A stretch of 64,000 nt of DNA from Burkholderiales bacterium UBA2459. Its GTDB lineage: Bacteria > Pseudomonadota > Gammaproteobacteria > Burkholderiales > Burkholderiaceae_E. Under the pieces are notes generated by a model. That model searched no databases and was not told the DNA's origin. It was given only the letters and a program-made list of their open reading frames with translations. The DNA is taken from the NCBI GenBank assembly GCA_002342365.1, contig DDPV01000049.1, positions 4,608-68,607 of the forward strand, given 5' to 3'. Below are positions 48,281 to 57,208 of the stretch, in pieces. Within the stretch, counting starts at the first letter, position 1, and every line of letters starts with the position of its first letter. The position numbers and the translations under genes were made by a program.

Positions 48281-48757
48281 ATGCATCGCATCAGCCTGAC
48301 GGTGAATGGTCAAGAACATCAACTCGAGGTCAAGCCCGATAGCTTGTTGGTGAGCGTGTTGCGAGACAATCTCGGCCTCACCGGCACCCATGTTGGCTGC
48401 GATACGTCGCAGTGCGGTTGTTGTAACGTTCTGATGGACGGTGTCTCGATCAAGTCCTGCGCAATCCTTGCGCTGCAGGCCGATGGTTGCCACATCAGCA
48501 CCGTGGAAGGCTTGAGTCAGCACGCCGATCTGCACCCGATCCAGGAGGCCTTCTCCAAGTGCCATGGCTTGCAATGCGGTTTTTGCACCCCCGGCATGAT
48601 CATGACCACCGCTTGTCTTTTGAGCGCCAATCCCAAGCCAAGCGATGAAGATATTGTGCATGCGCTGGAGGGCAACCTTTGCCGTTGCACCGGTTATGTG
48701 AATATTATCGAATCGGTACGCGAGGCTTCGCGCCTGATCGCGGCCCATCAAGCCTGA
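48281..48757 (+). CDS. (2Fe-2S)-binding small subunit of a xanthine-dehydrogenase-family molybdoenzyme
   Basis: Two cluster motifs, CDTSQCGCCNV and CGFCTPGMI. Start at ATG 48281 (MHRISLTVNGQ). Confidence 0.92.
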   Translation: MHRISLTVNGQEHQLEVKPDSLLVSVLRDNLGLTGTHVGCDTSQCGCCNVLMDGVSIKSCAILALQADGCHISTVEGLSQHADLHPIQEAFSKCHGLQCGFCTPGMIMTTACLLSANPKPSDEDIVHALEGNLCRCTGYVNIIESVREASRLIAAHQA

Positions 48758-48771
48758 AAGGGAGTCAATCG

Positions 48772-51108
48772 ATGAACACAGTCGTAGAGCAAGCGCTCAC
48801 AAAACGGTTTGGATCTGGGCAGTCTGTTCGCCGCGTTGAGGATCGTACGCTGGTCCAGGGACAGGGCCAGTTTGCTGGGGATGCCAGCATGACCGGACAG
48901 ACCTGGCTCAAGTTTGTTCGCTCGCCGATGCCCCACGCGATCATTCGTTCGATCCACTGTGACGCGGCCAAAGCCATGCCTGGCGTGCTCGCGGTGATCA
49001 CCGGACAAGATCTTGTGGATGCCGGTGTGAAGCCCATTCCTGGCGTGGCGGGATTCAAGAGGGCCGATGGCACGCCGGCTGCGACCGCAGCCCGACGCGG
49101 ACTTGCGCACGAGCGGGTTCGCCATGTCGGTGAGGCGCTGGCCTGTGTGATCGCGCTCACGCCTGAAGAGGCCGCTGCAGCCGCATTGGCCATTGAGGTG
49201 GATTACGAAGCGCTCGAGAGCGTTGCCAACCCGCATGACGCGATGAAAGCGGGTGCGCCTGTGTTGTGTGAAGCCGCGCCAGATAATGTGTCGGCGGTTG
49301 CAAAGTACGGCGATGTTGCGGCAGTCGATGCTGCCTTTGCCCGTGCAAGGCACGTCGTCAGTCTCAGTATCGAAAACCAGCGCTTGATTCCCGCCCCGAT
49401 GGAGCCGCGTTCAACACTGGCTTGGTACGACGCTGAGAGTGGGCGCATCACCATGCGCATGAGCACGCAAATGCCTGCGGGCGTTCGCAACAGTTTGTGT
49501 GACGCGGTGCTGGGTCTGCCGCGTGACAAAGTGCGAATCTTGGCCAGCGATGTTGGTGGTGGATTCGGTGGCAAGACCGGAATTTACCCCGAAGATGTGG
49601 TGCTTGCGCACGCGGCGCGGGTTTTGGGTCGACCGGTGAAGTGGATTGCAGAACGCAGCGAAGAATTCCTCTCAGCCACGCACGGCCGAGACATTGACAG
49701 CTGCGCGCAAATGGCACTGGACGCCGAGGGCAAGATTTTGGCATTGCGGGTTCACACGGTGGCCAACGTGGGCGCCTACGCGCTTGGCGCGGGCGTGGCC
49801 ATCCAGGTGATGATCGGGCCCTGGGTTCAGACAAGCGTTTACGACATTCAGACCATCGATTTCCAGTACACCGCGGTGATGACCAACACCACGCCGACAG
49901 GACCTTACCGCGGCGCAGGACGCCCCGAGGCGATTTACATCATCGAGCGCTTAATGGAAGCAGCAGCCCGAAAAATCGGGATAGACGGCGCCGAACTACG
50001 CTTGAAAAACATGATTCAGCCCGATCAGTTTCCCTACAAAAATGCCATGGGTCAGGTCTATGACAGCGGTAACTTCCCGTCGATGACCCGTCAGGCTTGC
50101 GAGCTCGCTGACTGGTCCGGGTTTGAAGCACGCTATCAGGATTCGCTGCGCCGAGGTCAGTGGCGCGGCCGCGGTATTGCCTCCTTTTTGGAGTGGACCG
50201 GCGGCAACGCGCTTGAAGAAACCGTGCGCGTGACGGTTGCTGCAGACGGTTACATCGAAATCGTCTCGGCAACCATGCCGATGGGTCAGGGGATTGCCAC
50301 AACTTATGTGCAGCTTGCAGTCGACGCCTTTGGCGTTCCGGTTGAGAAAATCCGGATCATTCAGGGCGATACCGATCGTGCCGAGGGTTTCGGGTCGGCG
50401 GGCTCACGCTCGCTCTTCACCGGAGGTTCAGCGATCGAGGTGGCTGCGCACAAAGTCATCGATAAGGCCAAGGAAATAGCAGCCGATGCCCTTGAGGTGG
50501 CGCAACAAGATCTGGTCTACGGCGAGGGTCGCTTTCAGGTGATGGGAACCGACCGAGGCATCGGCTTGTTTGAGGTGGCCGCACGCAGCGACTCAGGCCA
50601 CATTCAGCTTGATTCCAGCACCAAGGTGGCTGGGCCGTCGTGGCCCAATGCCTGCCATATCTGCGAAGTCGAAATTGATCCGGAGACGATGGAAGTGAGT
50701 CTGATTGCCTACGCTTCGATGAACGATGTCGGCAGGGTGGTGAACCCGATGATTGTGCGAGGTCAGCTTGACGGCGGCGCAGTCCAGGGAATCGGTCAGG
50801 CCCTCACCGAGGCGATGGTTTACGACGCAAGCGCTCAGCCGCTTTCTGCGAGTTTTCTCGACTACGCCATGCCGCGGGCAGACTTGATCGGGCGCTTTAA
50901 AACCGAAATGGATCAAACGGTGCCTTGCAAGAACAACCCGCTTGGCGTCAAAGGCGTAGGCGAACTCGGAACGATTGGTGCGACTCCGGCTTTGGTCAAC
51001 GCGGTCGCCGATGCGCTTGCCAGAGCCGGTCATGGCGATAGCGCTGACGCCTTGCAAATGCCGCTGAGTGCCCCGCGTTTATGGCGTTTACTGCATCGCG
51101 ACGCCTGA
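48772..51108 (+). CDS. Molybdopterin-binding large subunit, xanthine dehydrogenase/aldehyde oxidase family (CoxL form-II-like)
   Basis: 778 aa, with a/b-hammerhead and MoCo-binding domains. The active-site loop is GPYRGAGR (49906-49923), not the AYxCSFR loop of true CO dehydrogenases. Confidence 0.9.
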   Translation: MNTVVEQALTKRFGSGQSVRRVEDRTLVQGQGQFAGDASMTGQTWLKFVRSPMPHAIIRSIHCDAAKAMPGVLAVITGQDLVDAGVKPIPGVAGFKRADGTPAATAARRGLAHERVRHVGEALACVIALTPEEAAAAALAIEVDYEALESVANPHDAMKAGAPVLCEAAPDNVSAVAKYGDVAAVDAAFARARHVVSLSIENQRLIPAPMEPRSTLAWYDAESGRITMRMSTQMPAGVRNSLCDAVLGLPRDKVRILASDVGGGFGGKTGIYPEDVVLAHAARVLGRPVKWIAERSEEFLSATHGRDIDSCAQMALDAEGKILALRVHTVANVGAYALGAGVAIQVMIGPWVQTSVYDIQTIDFQYTAVMTNTTPTGPYRGAGRPEAIYIIERLMEAAARKIGIDGAELRLKNMIQPDQFPYKNAMGQVYDSGNFPSMTRQACELADWSGFEARYQDSLRRGQWRGRGIASFLEWTGGNALEETVRVTVAADGYIEIVSATMPMGQGIATTYVQLAVDAFGVPVEKIRIIQGDTDRAEGFGSAGSRSLFTGGSAIEVAAHKVIDKAKEIAADALEVAQQDLVYGEGRFQVMGTDRGIGLFEVAARSDSGHIQLDSSTKVAGPSWPNACHICEVEIDPETMEVSLIAYASMNDVGRVVNPMIVRGQLDGGAVQGIGQALTEAMVYDASAQPLSASFLDYAMPRADLIGRFKTEMDQTVPCKNNPLGVKGVGELGTIGATPALVNAVADALARAGHGDSADALQMPLSAPRLWRLLHRDA

Positions 51109-53028
51109 TTGGGGCGATCGCTGCAGGGCTTGAGCGAGGCTTGCCATCAATTGCTCCGATAGCACGGGTTTATAAAGTACCTGAACCGCTGGCCGGCCTC
51201 CGGCCAGCGAGGTCCCTGCGCCAAGCGTGGTGTCGCCTGTGATCACGATCGCTGGGATCTCCAGGTTGAACTCTTCGCGCAGACGATCGATCAAGGCTGT
51301 GCCGTTTAGCAGGTCATCGAGCCGATAATCCGTCACGATCACATCAGGTGCGCGATCAAGATCTTGCATTGCCCGATCGATGGCGTAGGCGGAATCGCAG
51401 CAGTGCACCTCAAAGCCGCTATGCCTCAAGACCATGGCCGTCGATTCGAGCACGGCCAAATCGTCTTCCACCAGCAAGATACAGACCTGCCGGTTTCGAA
51501 TCCAGGATTTGGTTTGCCGGCTGACCAGATCCTCAGGGCGAGGCACCAGAGGCAGTGGATCCTGCGCTTGGAAGCGCGATAAATCGGCTCTTAGGGTGAA
51601 GACCGATCCCTTATTCAAAGTAGAACGTACGGAAACCTTCATCCGCATCAGCTCACAGCTTCGCCTCACGATCGCAAGCCCGAGTCCGAGCCCGTCACGA
51701 CGGTTCCGCCTGGCATTGCTCAGCTGAACATACTCGTCAAAAATGCTCTCCAGCTGATCGGCCGATATGCCGATACCCTCATCGCTCACATGAATCAGGT
51801 AGGCCTGCTCGGCTGCGACCGAATGCGTTCGCCCCTGGGAATCCGTCGCGATCGGGTTGATGTCGATCACTTCATCCCAGACTCTGATCTGCCCGCGGCT
51901 TGAGTATTTGACCGCGTTATCGACCAGATTGAAAAGCGCGCGTCGAAGAAGTTCGGGGTCGGCGGCGAGCTCTCCCGGGCCAAGGCGCACCTGCAGGCTG
52001 ATCCCTTTGGTTTCAGCAATGCTTCGAAAGCTTGTATTGATGACATCGCCAAGCGGCCCCAAGGCAATCGGTTCTTCGCGCGCCCTCATATCGCCCGAGC
52101 GCAGATGCGAAAGTTCAAGCAAGGCTTCAAACATATCGCGCATCAAGCGTGCCGACATCTCCATCTTGGTCAGCAGGTCGCGCGATGCTGGCGCAAGTCG
52201 GTGCGTGGACAGCGTGGCAAGAAGCATCATCATCGCCTGCATCGGTTGGCGCAAATCGTGGCTCACGGCAGCAAGAAAACGGGTTTGCATATGCTGGGCC
52301 AATTCAGCGCTTTGTCGCTGTCGCTCGGACTGATCTCGACCCTCTCGCAGTGCGATTGCCGAGGCCTCTAGTTCGCCTTGCAAGCGCAAGGATGCGAGAA
52401 AGCCCTGGTAGAGACGTGATGAGTTATAAAGCATGAAGACCAGAAATGCGCATAGCGCAACGGCCATCAACCAGGGGTAGGGGAAGTCAGAAAGCAGATA
52501 CCACAGAGCAAGCGGCAAAATCCGCAATGAGCTTGCAACAAGGTTATAAGGCCTGTATCCGATCGACACCATCACCGAACTGACGCTCATCAGACAACAA
52601 ACAAAGGTATAAATCAACGCAGTGGTCTCACTGACCGCAGGCAGCAGAAAAAAAGCTGGAACGCTCCAACTTAATGCAGCCAGACCGCCCCCAAGGCATG
52701 CCCACTGACCCCAGCGTTTGGCGCTTTGAGCGCCCGGATTGGCGAGATAGCGTAAATACAGAAGATGCCGAATCGCAGCGATCGAACCGCACAAGAGCAA
52801 AAACGCGACCAGTGCGCCGGGTGGTGCTCCGTCCATCCACAATAGGGGACCGATGGCGCCGTTCGCAACCAGGCCGCTGGCGTTGGAAGCCCCCATGGCC
52901 TGATAGAGCGCATCGATTTGTGCGCGCTCAACCGAGTCTTCCCCAGCTTGCAAACGCGACCGCGCCTCAAGGCCCGAAAGCTCGGCGCGGCGCCGATCGG
53001 CTTTGGCCGGTTCCGTCGACTCGCTCAT
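51088..53028 (-). CDS. Hybrid sensor histidine kinase/response regulator
   Basis: N-terminal multi-TM sensor, H-box SHDLRQP, HATPase (DEGIGI, GLGLGLAIV) and a C-terminal receiver (LLVEDD, VTDYRL). Start placed at ATG 53028, which forms ATGA with the MFS stop. Confidence 0.88.
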   Translation of the reverse strand: MSESTEPAKADRRRAELSGLEARSRLQAGEDSVERAQIDALYQAMGASNASGLVANGAIGPLLWMDGAPPGALVAFLLLCGSIAAIRHLLYLRYLANPGAQSAKRWGQWACLGGGLAALSWSVPAFFLLPAVSETTALIYTFVCCLMSVSSVMVSIGYRPYNLVASSLRILPLALWYLLSDFPYPWLMAVALCAFLVFMLYNSSRLYQGFLASLRLQGELEASAIALREGRDQSERQRQSAELAQHMQTRFLAAVSHDLRQPMQAMMMLLATLSTHRLAPASRDLLTKMEMSARLMRDMFEALLELSHLRSGDMRAREEPIALGPLGDVINTSFRSIAETKGISLQVRLGPGELAADPELLRRALFNLVDNAVKYSSRGQIRVWDEVIDINPIATDSQGRTHSVAAEQAYLIHVSDEGIGISADQLESIFDEYVQLSNARRNRRDGLGLGLAIVRRSCELMRMKVSVRSTLNKGSVFTLRADLSRFQAQDPLPLVPRPEDLVSRQTKSWIRNRQVCILLVEDDLAVLESTAMVLRHSGFEVHCCDSAYAIDRAMQDLDRAPDVIVTDYRLDDLLNGTALIDRLREEFNLEIPAIVITGDTTLGAGTSLAGGRPAVQVLYKPVLSEQLMASLAQALQRSPQSGVAMQ

Positions 53029-54203
53029 GCGCGATTTGGGTCTTTTTGTAGCCATGCTAATGCCGCAGAGATCAGAATCACCAGGCCCGAAAGCGCAAGC
53101 CCTGAGCGCAGCGATCCGCTCCAGTCAGCCATCATGCCGCTTGCTACCGGGGCAAGGATTTGCGATGCGGCAAAGGCAATCGTAAAGCTTGCCATGGCTG
53201 AACCCCAAGCGGGTTTTTGCAGCGTTCGTTTGATCAAAGCGCTGATGCTTGATGGTGCGCTGAACATGCCCAGGCCAAAAAGCGCGGCCGAGCATTGCAT
53301 CGCAAAAGGCTGCCACGCCGGCTCAAGGGGAATCACCGGCAAGAGCGCGCCCACGGATAAAACGAGCAGAATTGCCGACAGCGCTTTTCCGCTGGGCCAG
53401 TTGGCCAGTGGTTTTGACCACACAAGCGGCGCTAGCAGCGTGCCTGCCCCCAGGATGCTCCAGACCAGACTCATTTGCAGGCTTGTAGCGCCGATGGCTT
53501 TAAGCCAGGCGATGATGAAGGTCATATAAACAATATAACCAAGGCCAAAGCCTACATAGGCAAGCAAGGCGGGAAGTAGCGGCCTTAAGGACCAATCAGC
53601 GGCGCCTTGCGCGCTTGAAGGCTCGTCAATTTGCATCGATGCCCGCCAGGTGACCCAAACCATCAGCCAAGACAGCATCCCCATCGCAATCCAGGTCTGC
53701 GGCCATGCGCTGCTACCTTGCGTTGACATCCACCAGGGAATCAGAAGGCCGCAAAGCACCAGCCCAACGCCTGCGCCGCCAAAGTAAATCGTAATGCATC
53801 GGGTTGACCACTGGGCATCATTGGCCGCGATATTGCTCGCAAGCGCGCCGCCGCAAATAAAAATTGCAGCGCCTCCGATGCCACCGATCAACCGGCACAG
53901 CCCAAGTGCATAGAGATCACTGACAAAACCGGTGAGCGTCAGCGCAAACGCGGTGAGCAGCATGCCGCGATTGAACAAGGCACGATTGCCCCAAGACCGA
54001 ACCAGTATCCGGGTGAGCAAGGCACCAAGCAGATAACCGAGGGCATTGGCGGTGTTAAGCGAACCCGCCTGCGAAAAATTCAGTTCCAAATCCTCGCGCA
54101 TGCCGGGCAGCACCAGCGCGTAGGCAAAGCGAGCAAATGAGTTTGACACCGAGGGCCCAAGCGAAAGGCCCAAGGCAATCCAAAGCGTGCGGCGGTGGTT
54201 CAA
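53025..54203 (-). CDS. MFS transporter (YbfB/YjiJ-like)
   Basis: 392 aa, about 12 hydrophobic helices. Overlaps both neighbouring genes by 4 nt. Confidence 0.8.
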   Translation of the reverse strand: MNHRRTLWIALGLSLGPSVSNSFARFAYALVLPGMREDLELNFSQAGSLNTANALGYLLGALLTRILVRSWGNRALFNRGMLLTAFALTLTGFVSDLYALGLCRLIGGIGGAAIFICGGALASNIAANDAQWSTRCITIYFGGAGVGLVLCGLLIPWWMSTQGSSAWPQTWIAMGMLSWLMVWVTWRASMQIDEPSSAQGAADWSLRPLLPALLAYVGFGLGYIVYMTFIIAWLKAIGATSLQMSLVWSILGAGTLLAPLVWSKPLANWPSGKALSAILLVLSVGALLPVIPLEPAWQPFAMQCSAALFGLGMFSAPSSISALIKRTLQKPAWGSAMASFTIAFAASQILAPVASGMMADWSGSLRSGLALSGLVILISAALAWLQKDPNRA

Positions 54204-54790
54204 AGGAACTGACAGGCCTGCTCAATGGGCATGCGTGGCAGGCGTTCCATCATCTTGGACGGATCGCCGTAGCCAAGATTACAAAGAAAATTGCTGCGCA
54301 GTTGGCTATCAGGGAAAAAGATCGCGTCCACCTTTGATTGATCAAAGCCGGACATGGGTCCGCAGTCAAGTCCGATTGAGCGCGCTGCCATGATCAAATA
54401 CGCACCCTGCAGGCTACCGTTACGAAATGCAAAAGCTTCGCGCATCGCCCGCTTTTCCTCGCCGCGAAACATGTCGGCAAAGGCCGGGTTGTGCGGGAAA
54501 AACTCGGGCAGTCGCTCATGAAATGCTGTGTCGTGCGCAATGATCACAACCACCGGTGCTGCCATCGTTTTGTCGACGTTACCAGGCGACAGCGCCGGTC
54601 GGAGCCGTTCCTTGGCCTCAGAACTACGCAGAAATACAAAGCGCGCTGGCTGGCTGTTGGCTGAAGTGGGAGCCCACTTCATGAGCTCGTAAAGCTCATG
54701 AATCTGTTGATCGCTGACGGGCTTATCAAGCCAGCCGTTGGCGGTACGTGCTTGACGAAACAAGCAATCAAGTGCTTCGGAGGAGAGCAT
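54200..54790 (-). CDS. Nitroreductase-fold malonic semialdehyde reductase RutE-like protein
   Basis: 196 aa. N-terminal pattern [35 protein letters not shown] matches the RutE/YdjA-like nitroreductase subgroup. Confidence 0.7.
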   Translation of the reverse strand: MLSSEALDCLFRQARTANGWLDKPVSDQQIHELYELMKWAPTSANSQPARFVFLRSSEAKERLRPALSPGNVDKTMAAPVVVIIAHDTAFHERLPEFFPHNPAFADMFRGEEKRAMREAFAFRNGSLQGAYLIMAARSIGLDCGPMSGFDQSKVDAIFFPDSQLRSNFLCNLGYGDPSKMMERLPRMPIEQACQFL

Positions 54791-54901
54791 GCGGGACGTC
54801 CTATGTTGGTTAAGGGATGCTGTAAGGGTTGAGGGATCAAGAGAAAGTAGCTTACAGCTTCAGAAAGTCGCAAGCCTTCAAGGGGCGGTTTGCCGCTGAG
54901 C

Positions 54902-55795
54902 TCAGCTACGCAAGACCAGCACCACGCCGATCAACAGCAAGAACATACCAAACCACTCATGGTTCGTGGTTCGTTGGCGCAACAGCAGCTTGGAGAGCAC
55001 TTGGGCGAAGGCAATCTCAACCAGAGCCAGGGTGCGAACACGGGCAGCGCTTTCAACGGCAAAGGCAAGAAACCAGGCCTGCGACGCGAAGGCACCAAGT
55101 GCACCGGCAACGAGCGATGGACGCCAGGCGCGAAGAATTACCAGCAGCGTTTGCCGGTCTTTCCAGAGCATGAAGGCAAGCAGCAGCGCGGTCTGAATGA
55201 TGAAGCCAAGGCAAAGAATGAGGCTTGCGGCCAGCACGAAGGAGGAGGTTTCAAGCGCCTTGATTGAGGCGCGAAAACCAATCGCAGCTACGGCAAAGAG
55301 TGCGCCTGATGCGAGGCCTAAAACGATCGGCCTTATCGACCAGGGAGCGCCGCGCCCAGGCCATGACATCACAAGAACGCCAGCGGTGGCTGCGCCAATG
55401 GCGACAATAAGCGAAAGCGAAAGCAAATCACCCAGCAGGACTAGGCCAAAAAGTGCTACCCAGACTGGTTCGATTTTGGTCAAGGCAGTCGCGACCACAA
55501 ATGACTTCTCGCGCATGGCGGCAAGCATCAGTCCGGTTCCAAGGATTTGCGACACCCCGCCCACGCAGGCCCAGCCCAGACTGTTAACGCTGATCGGCGG
55601 CAGACCTTGCCCTTGCGCAAGCAGCACGAGCGTTGCAAAGATCAGCCCAAAGGGCAATCCGTAAAGAAAACGGACCTGTGTTGCACCGACGGTTCCGATC
55701 GCTTCGCTAAGCGATCGCAGTGAGATGTTCCTTCCGACTTGTGCGGCTGCCGCAGTCACGGTAAAAGCAATCCAGTACCAAGGCTCTATGCTCAT
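54902..55795 (-). CDS. EamA/DMT family transporter
   Basis: 297 aa, ten hydrophobic helices in two EamA-like halves. Confidence 0.8.
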   Translation of the reverse strand: MSIEPWYWIAFTVTAAAAQVGRNISLRSLSEAIGTVGATQVRFLYGLPFGLIFATLVLLAQGQGLPPISVNSLGWACVGGVSQILGTGLMLAAMREKSFVVATALTKIEPVWVALFGLVLLGDLLSLSLIVAIGAATAGVLVMSWPGRGAPWSIRPIVLGLASGALFAVAAIGFRASIKALETSSFVLAASLILCLGFIIQTALLLAFMLWKDRQTLLVILRAWRPSLVAGALGAFASQAWFLAFAVESAARVRTLALVEIAFAQVLSKLLLRQRTTNHEWFGMFLLLIGVVLVLRS

Positions 55796-55847
55796 CGGGG
55801 CCGTTCATGATGTGCTGTGCACGCAAACTATCGAAGGAGAAACTACC

Positions 55848-56303
55848 ATGATCGCGATGCGCCACCTTTTTACCCTTCGCGCCGAGGTTCCCCGTATTGA
55901 GGATTTTGGACAAACACCCTACGGCCATCGGCGAATCGCAAGCGTTGCCGGCGGACATTTCCAGGGCGACCGCCTGCGTGGCACGATTCAACCCACGCCA
56001 GGTGGCGACTGGCTTTTGCTGCGCAACGATGGGGTGTTGATGCTCGATGTGCGCATCAGCCTGAAAACCGACGATGATCAGCTTATTTACATGAGCTACA
56101 AAGGCATGCGCCACGGACCGACTGAGGTCATCGAGCGCTTAAACCGTGGTGAGGCGGTTGAACCGAGTGCCTACTATTTTCGCAGCACGCCTCTTTTTGA
56201 GACCGCTTCTCCCCAGTATCAGTGGCTCAATAAGTTGATGGCCGTGGCAAGCGGTCGACGCGAATCGACCGGTCCGATTTACGAAGTTTTTGAGCTGCTC
56301 TAG
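55848..56303 (+). CDS. DUF3237 (UPF0311) family protein
   Basis: 151-aa beta-barrel family pattern (GQTPYGHRRIASVAGGHFQGDRLRGTI, GGDWLLLRNDGV). A GGAGAA RBS precedes ATG 55848. Confidence 0.75.
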   Translation: MIAMRHLFTLRAEVPRIEDFGQTPYGHRRIASVAGGHFQGDRLRGTIQPTPGGDWLLLRNDGVLMLDVRISLKTDDDQLIYMSYKGMRHGPTEVIERLNRGEAVEPSAYYFRSTPLFETASPQYQWLNKLMAVASGRRESTGPIYEVFELL

Positions 56304-57208
56304 CGCGGATCCCCGCCGGGTCCCCAAATCGACTCCGGCGCCGCTTGGGCTTGCCGTTCAAAGGACTTGCCTTGCTCAACCTGTGCGAGAAACTCAGCAA
56401 GCAATTGATTGAACAAACCGGGTTCCTCCAAATTGATGCCATGTCCCGAACCGGGCAGGATGGCCAGCTGCGAGGTTTTGATCGTGCGCTTGAGCATGAG
56501 CGACGGTTCGAGACAGGGTTCGTCTTCATCGCCGCTCATGATCAGCGTTGGAACGTTAATCGCGGCAATCGCATCGGTGAGCGCATAAAGGCTGGGGCGC
56601 CGGCCCTGATAGCCGCGCATCGTATTGGACGAGCCCAGCGCTGAATGCTCGGCCAGCTGGCGTTCGTACTCGGCAAAGCCCCGGGGGTCTTTGGCAAGGA
56701 ATTGAACGCGGGCTGCGCCATGCCCATAGGTTGATGCGAAATGCGGCATCCCCTCGTTGTCAATCAGCTCGGCGTTTTCGATCGCGCTTGTCTGAAAGGC
56801 TTGATAGTGCGCTGGATGCGCGCCACTACCCACGCCTGCCAGCGTGAGCGATCTGGCGCGGCTTGCCTGGGCTTGCACCCCGTGCACCATGCCGAAATGC
56901 AGCGTTGCAAATGCACCCATCGAAAGGCCCACGATATGCGCCCGATCGATCGATAGAGCATCCAGAACCGAAAGCATATCGTCGCGCACACGTGCCTGGG
57001 AGTAATCGTTCCAGTCTGCGGGTACATCAGATGGCAAATAGCCTCGAGCGCTATAGCTAATGCAACGATAGCGTCTTGAAAAATAGCGCATTTGAGGCTC
57101 CCAACTGCGCCAGTCCCCGGCAAACTCATGAACGAAGAGCAGTGCGGTGCCTGAACCCGCCTCTTCGTAGTACAGATTTACGCCGTCATCAGTGCGGATC
57201 GTGGGCAT
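56300..57208 (-). CDS. Alpha/beta hydrolase
   Basis: LLFVHEFAGD (oxyanion region) and nucleophile elbow GLSMGA; 302 aa. Confidence 0.88.
   Translation of the reverse strand: MPTIRTDDGVNLYYEEAGSGTALLFVHEFAGDWRSWEPQMRYFSRRYRCISYSARGYLPSDVPADWNDYSQARVRDDMLSVLDALSIDRAHIVGLSMGAFATLHFGMVHGVQAQASRARSLTLAGVGSGAHPAHYQAFQTSAIENAELIDNEGMPHFASTYGHGAARVQFLAKDPRGFAEYERQLAEHSALGSSNTMRGYQGRRPSLYALTDAIAAINVPTLIMSGDEDEPCLEPSLMLKRTIKTSQLAILPGSGHGINLEEPGLFNQLLAEFLAQVEQGKSFERQAQAAPESIWGPGGDPR

Noticed and set aside
47178-51108. A genuine aerobic CO dehydrogenase (cox) locus.
   Set aside because: The large-subunit active-site loop is GPYRGAGR rather than AYxCSFR. No CoxM FAD subunit or CoxE/CoxF is present, and the accessory genes are dispersed. 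I called it a xanthine-dehydrogenase-family enzyme of unknown substrate.
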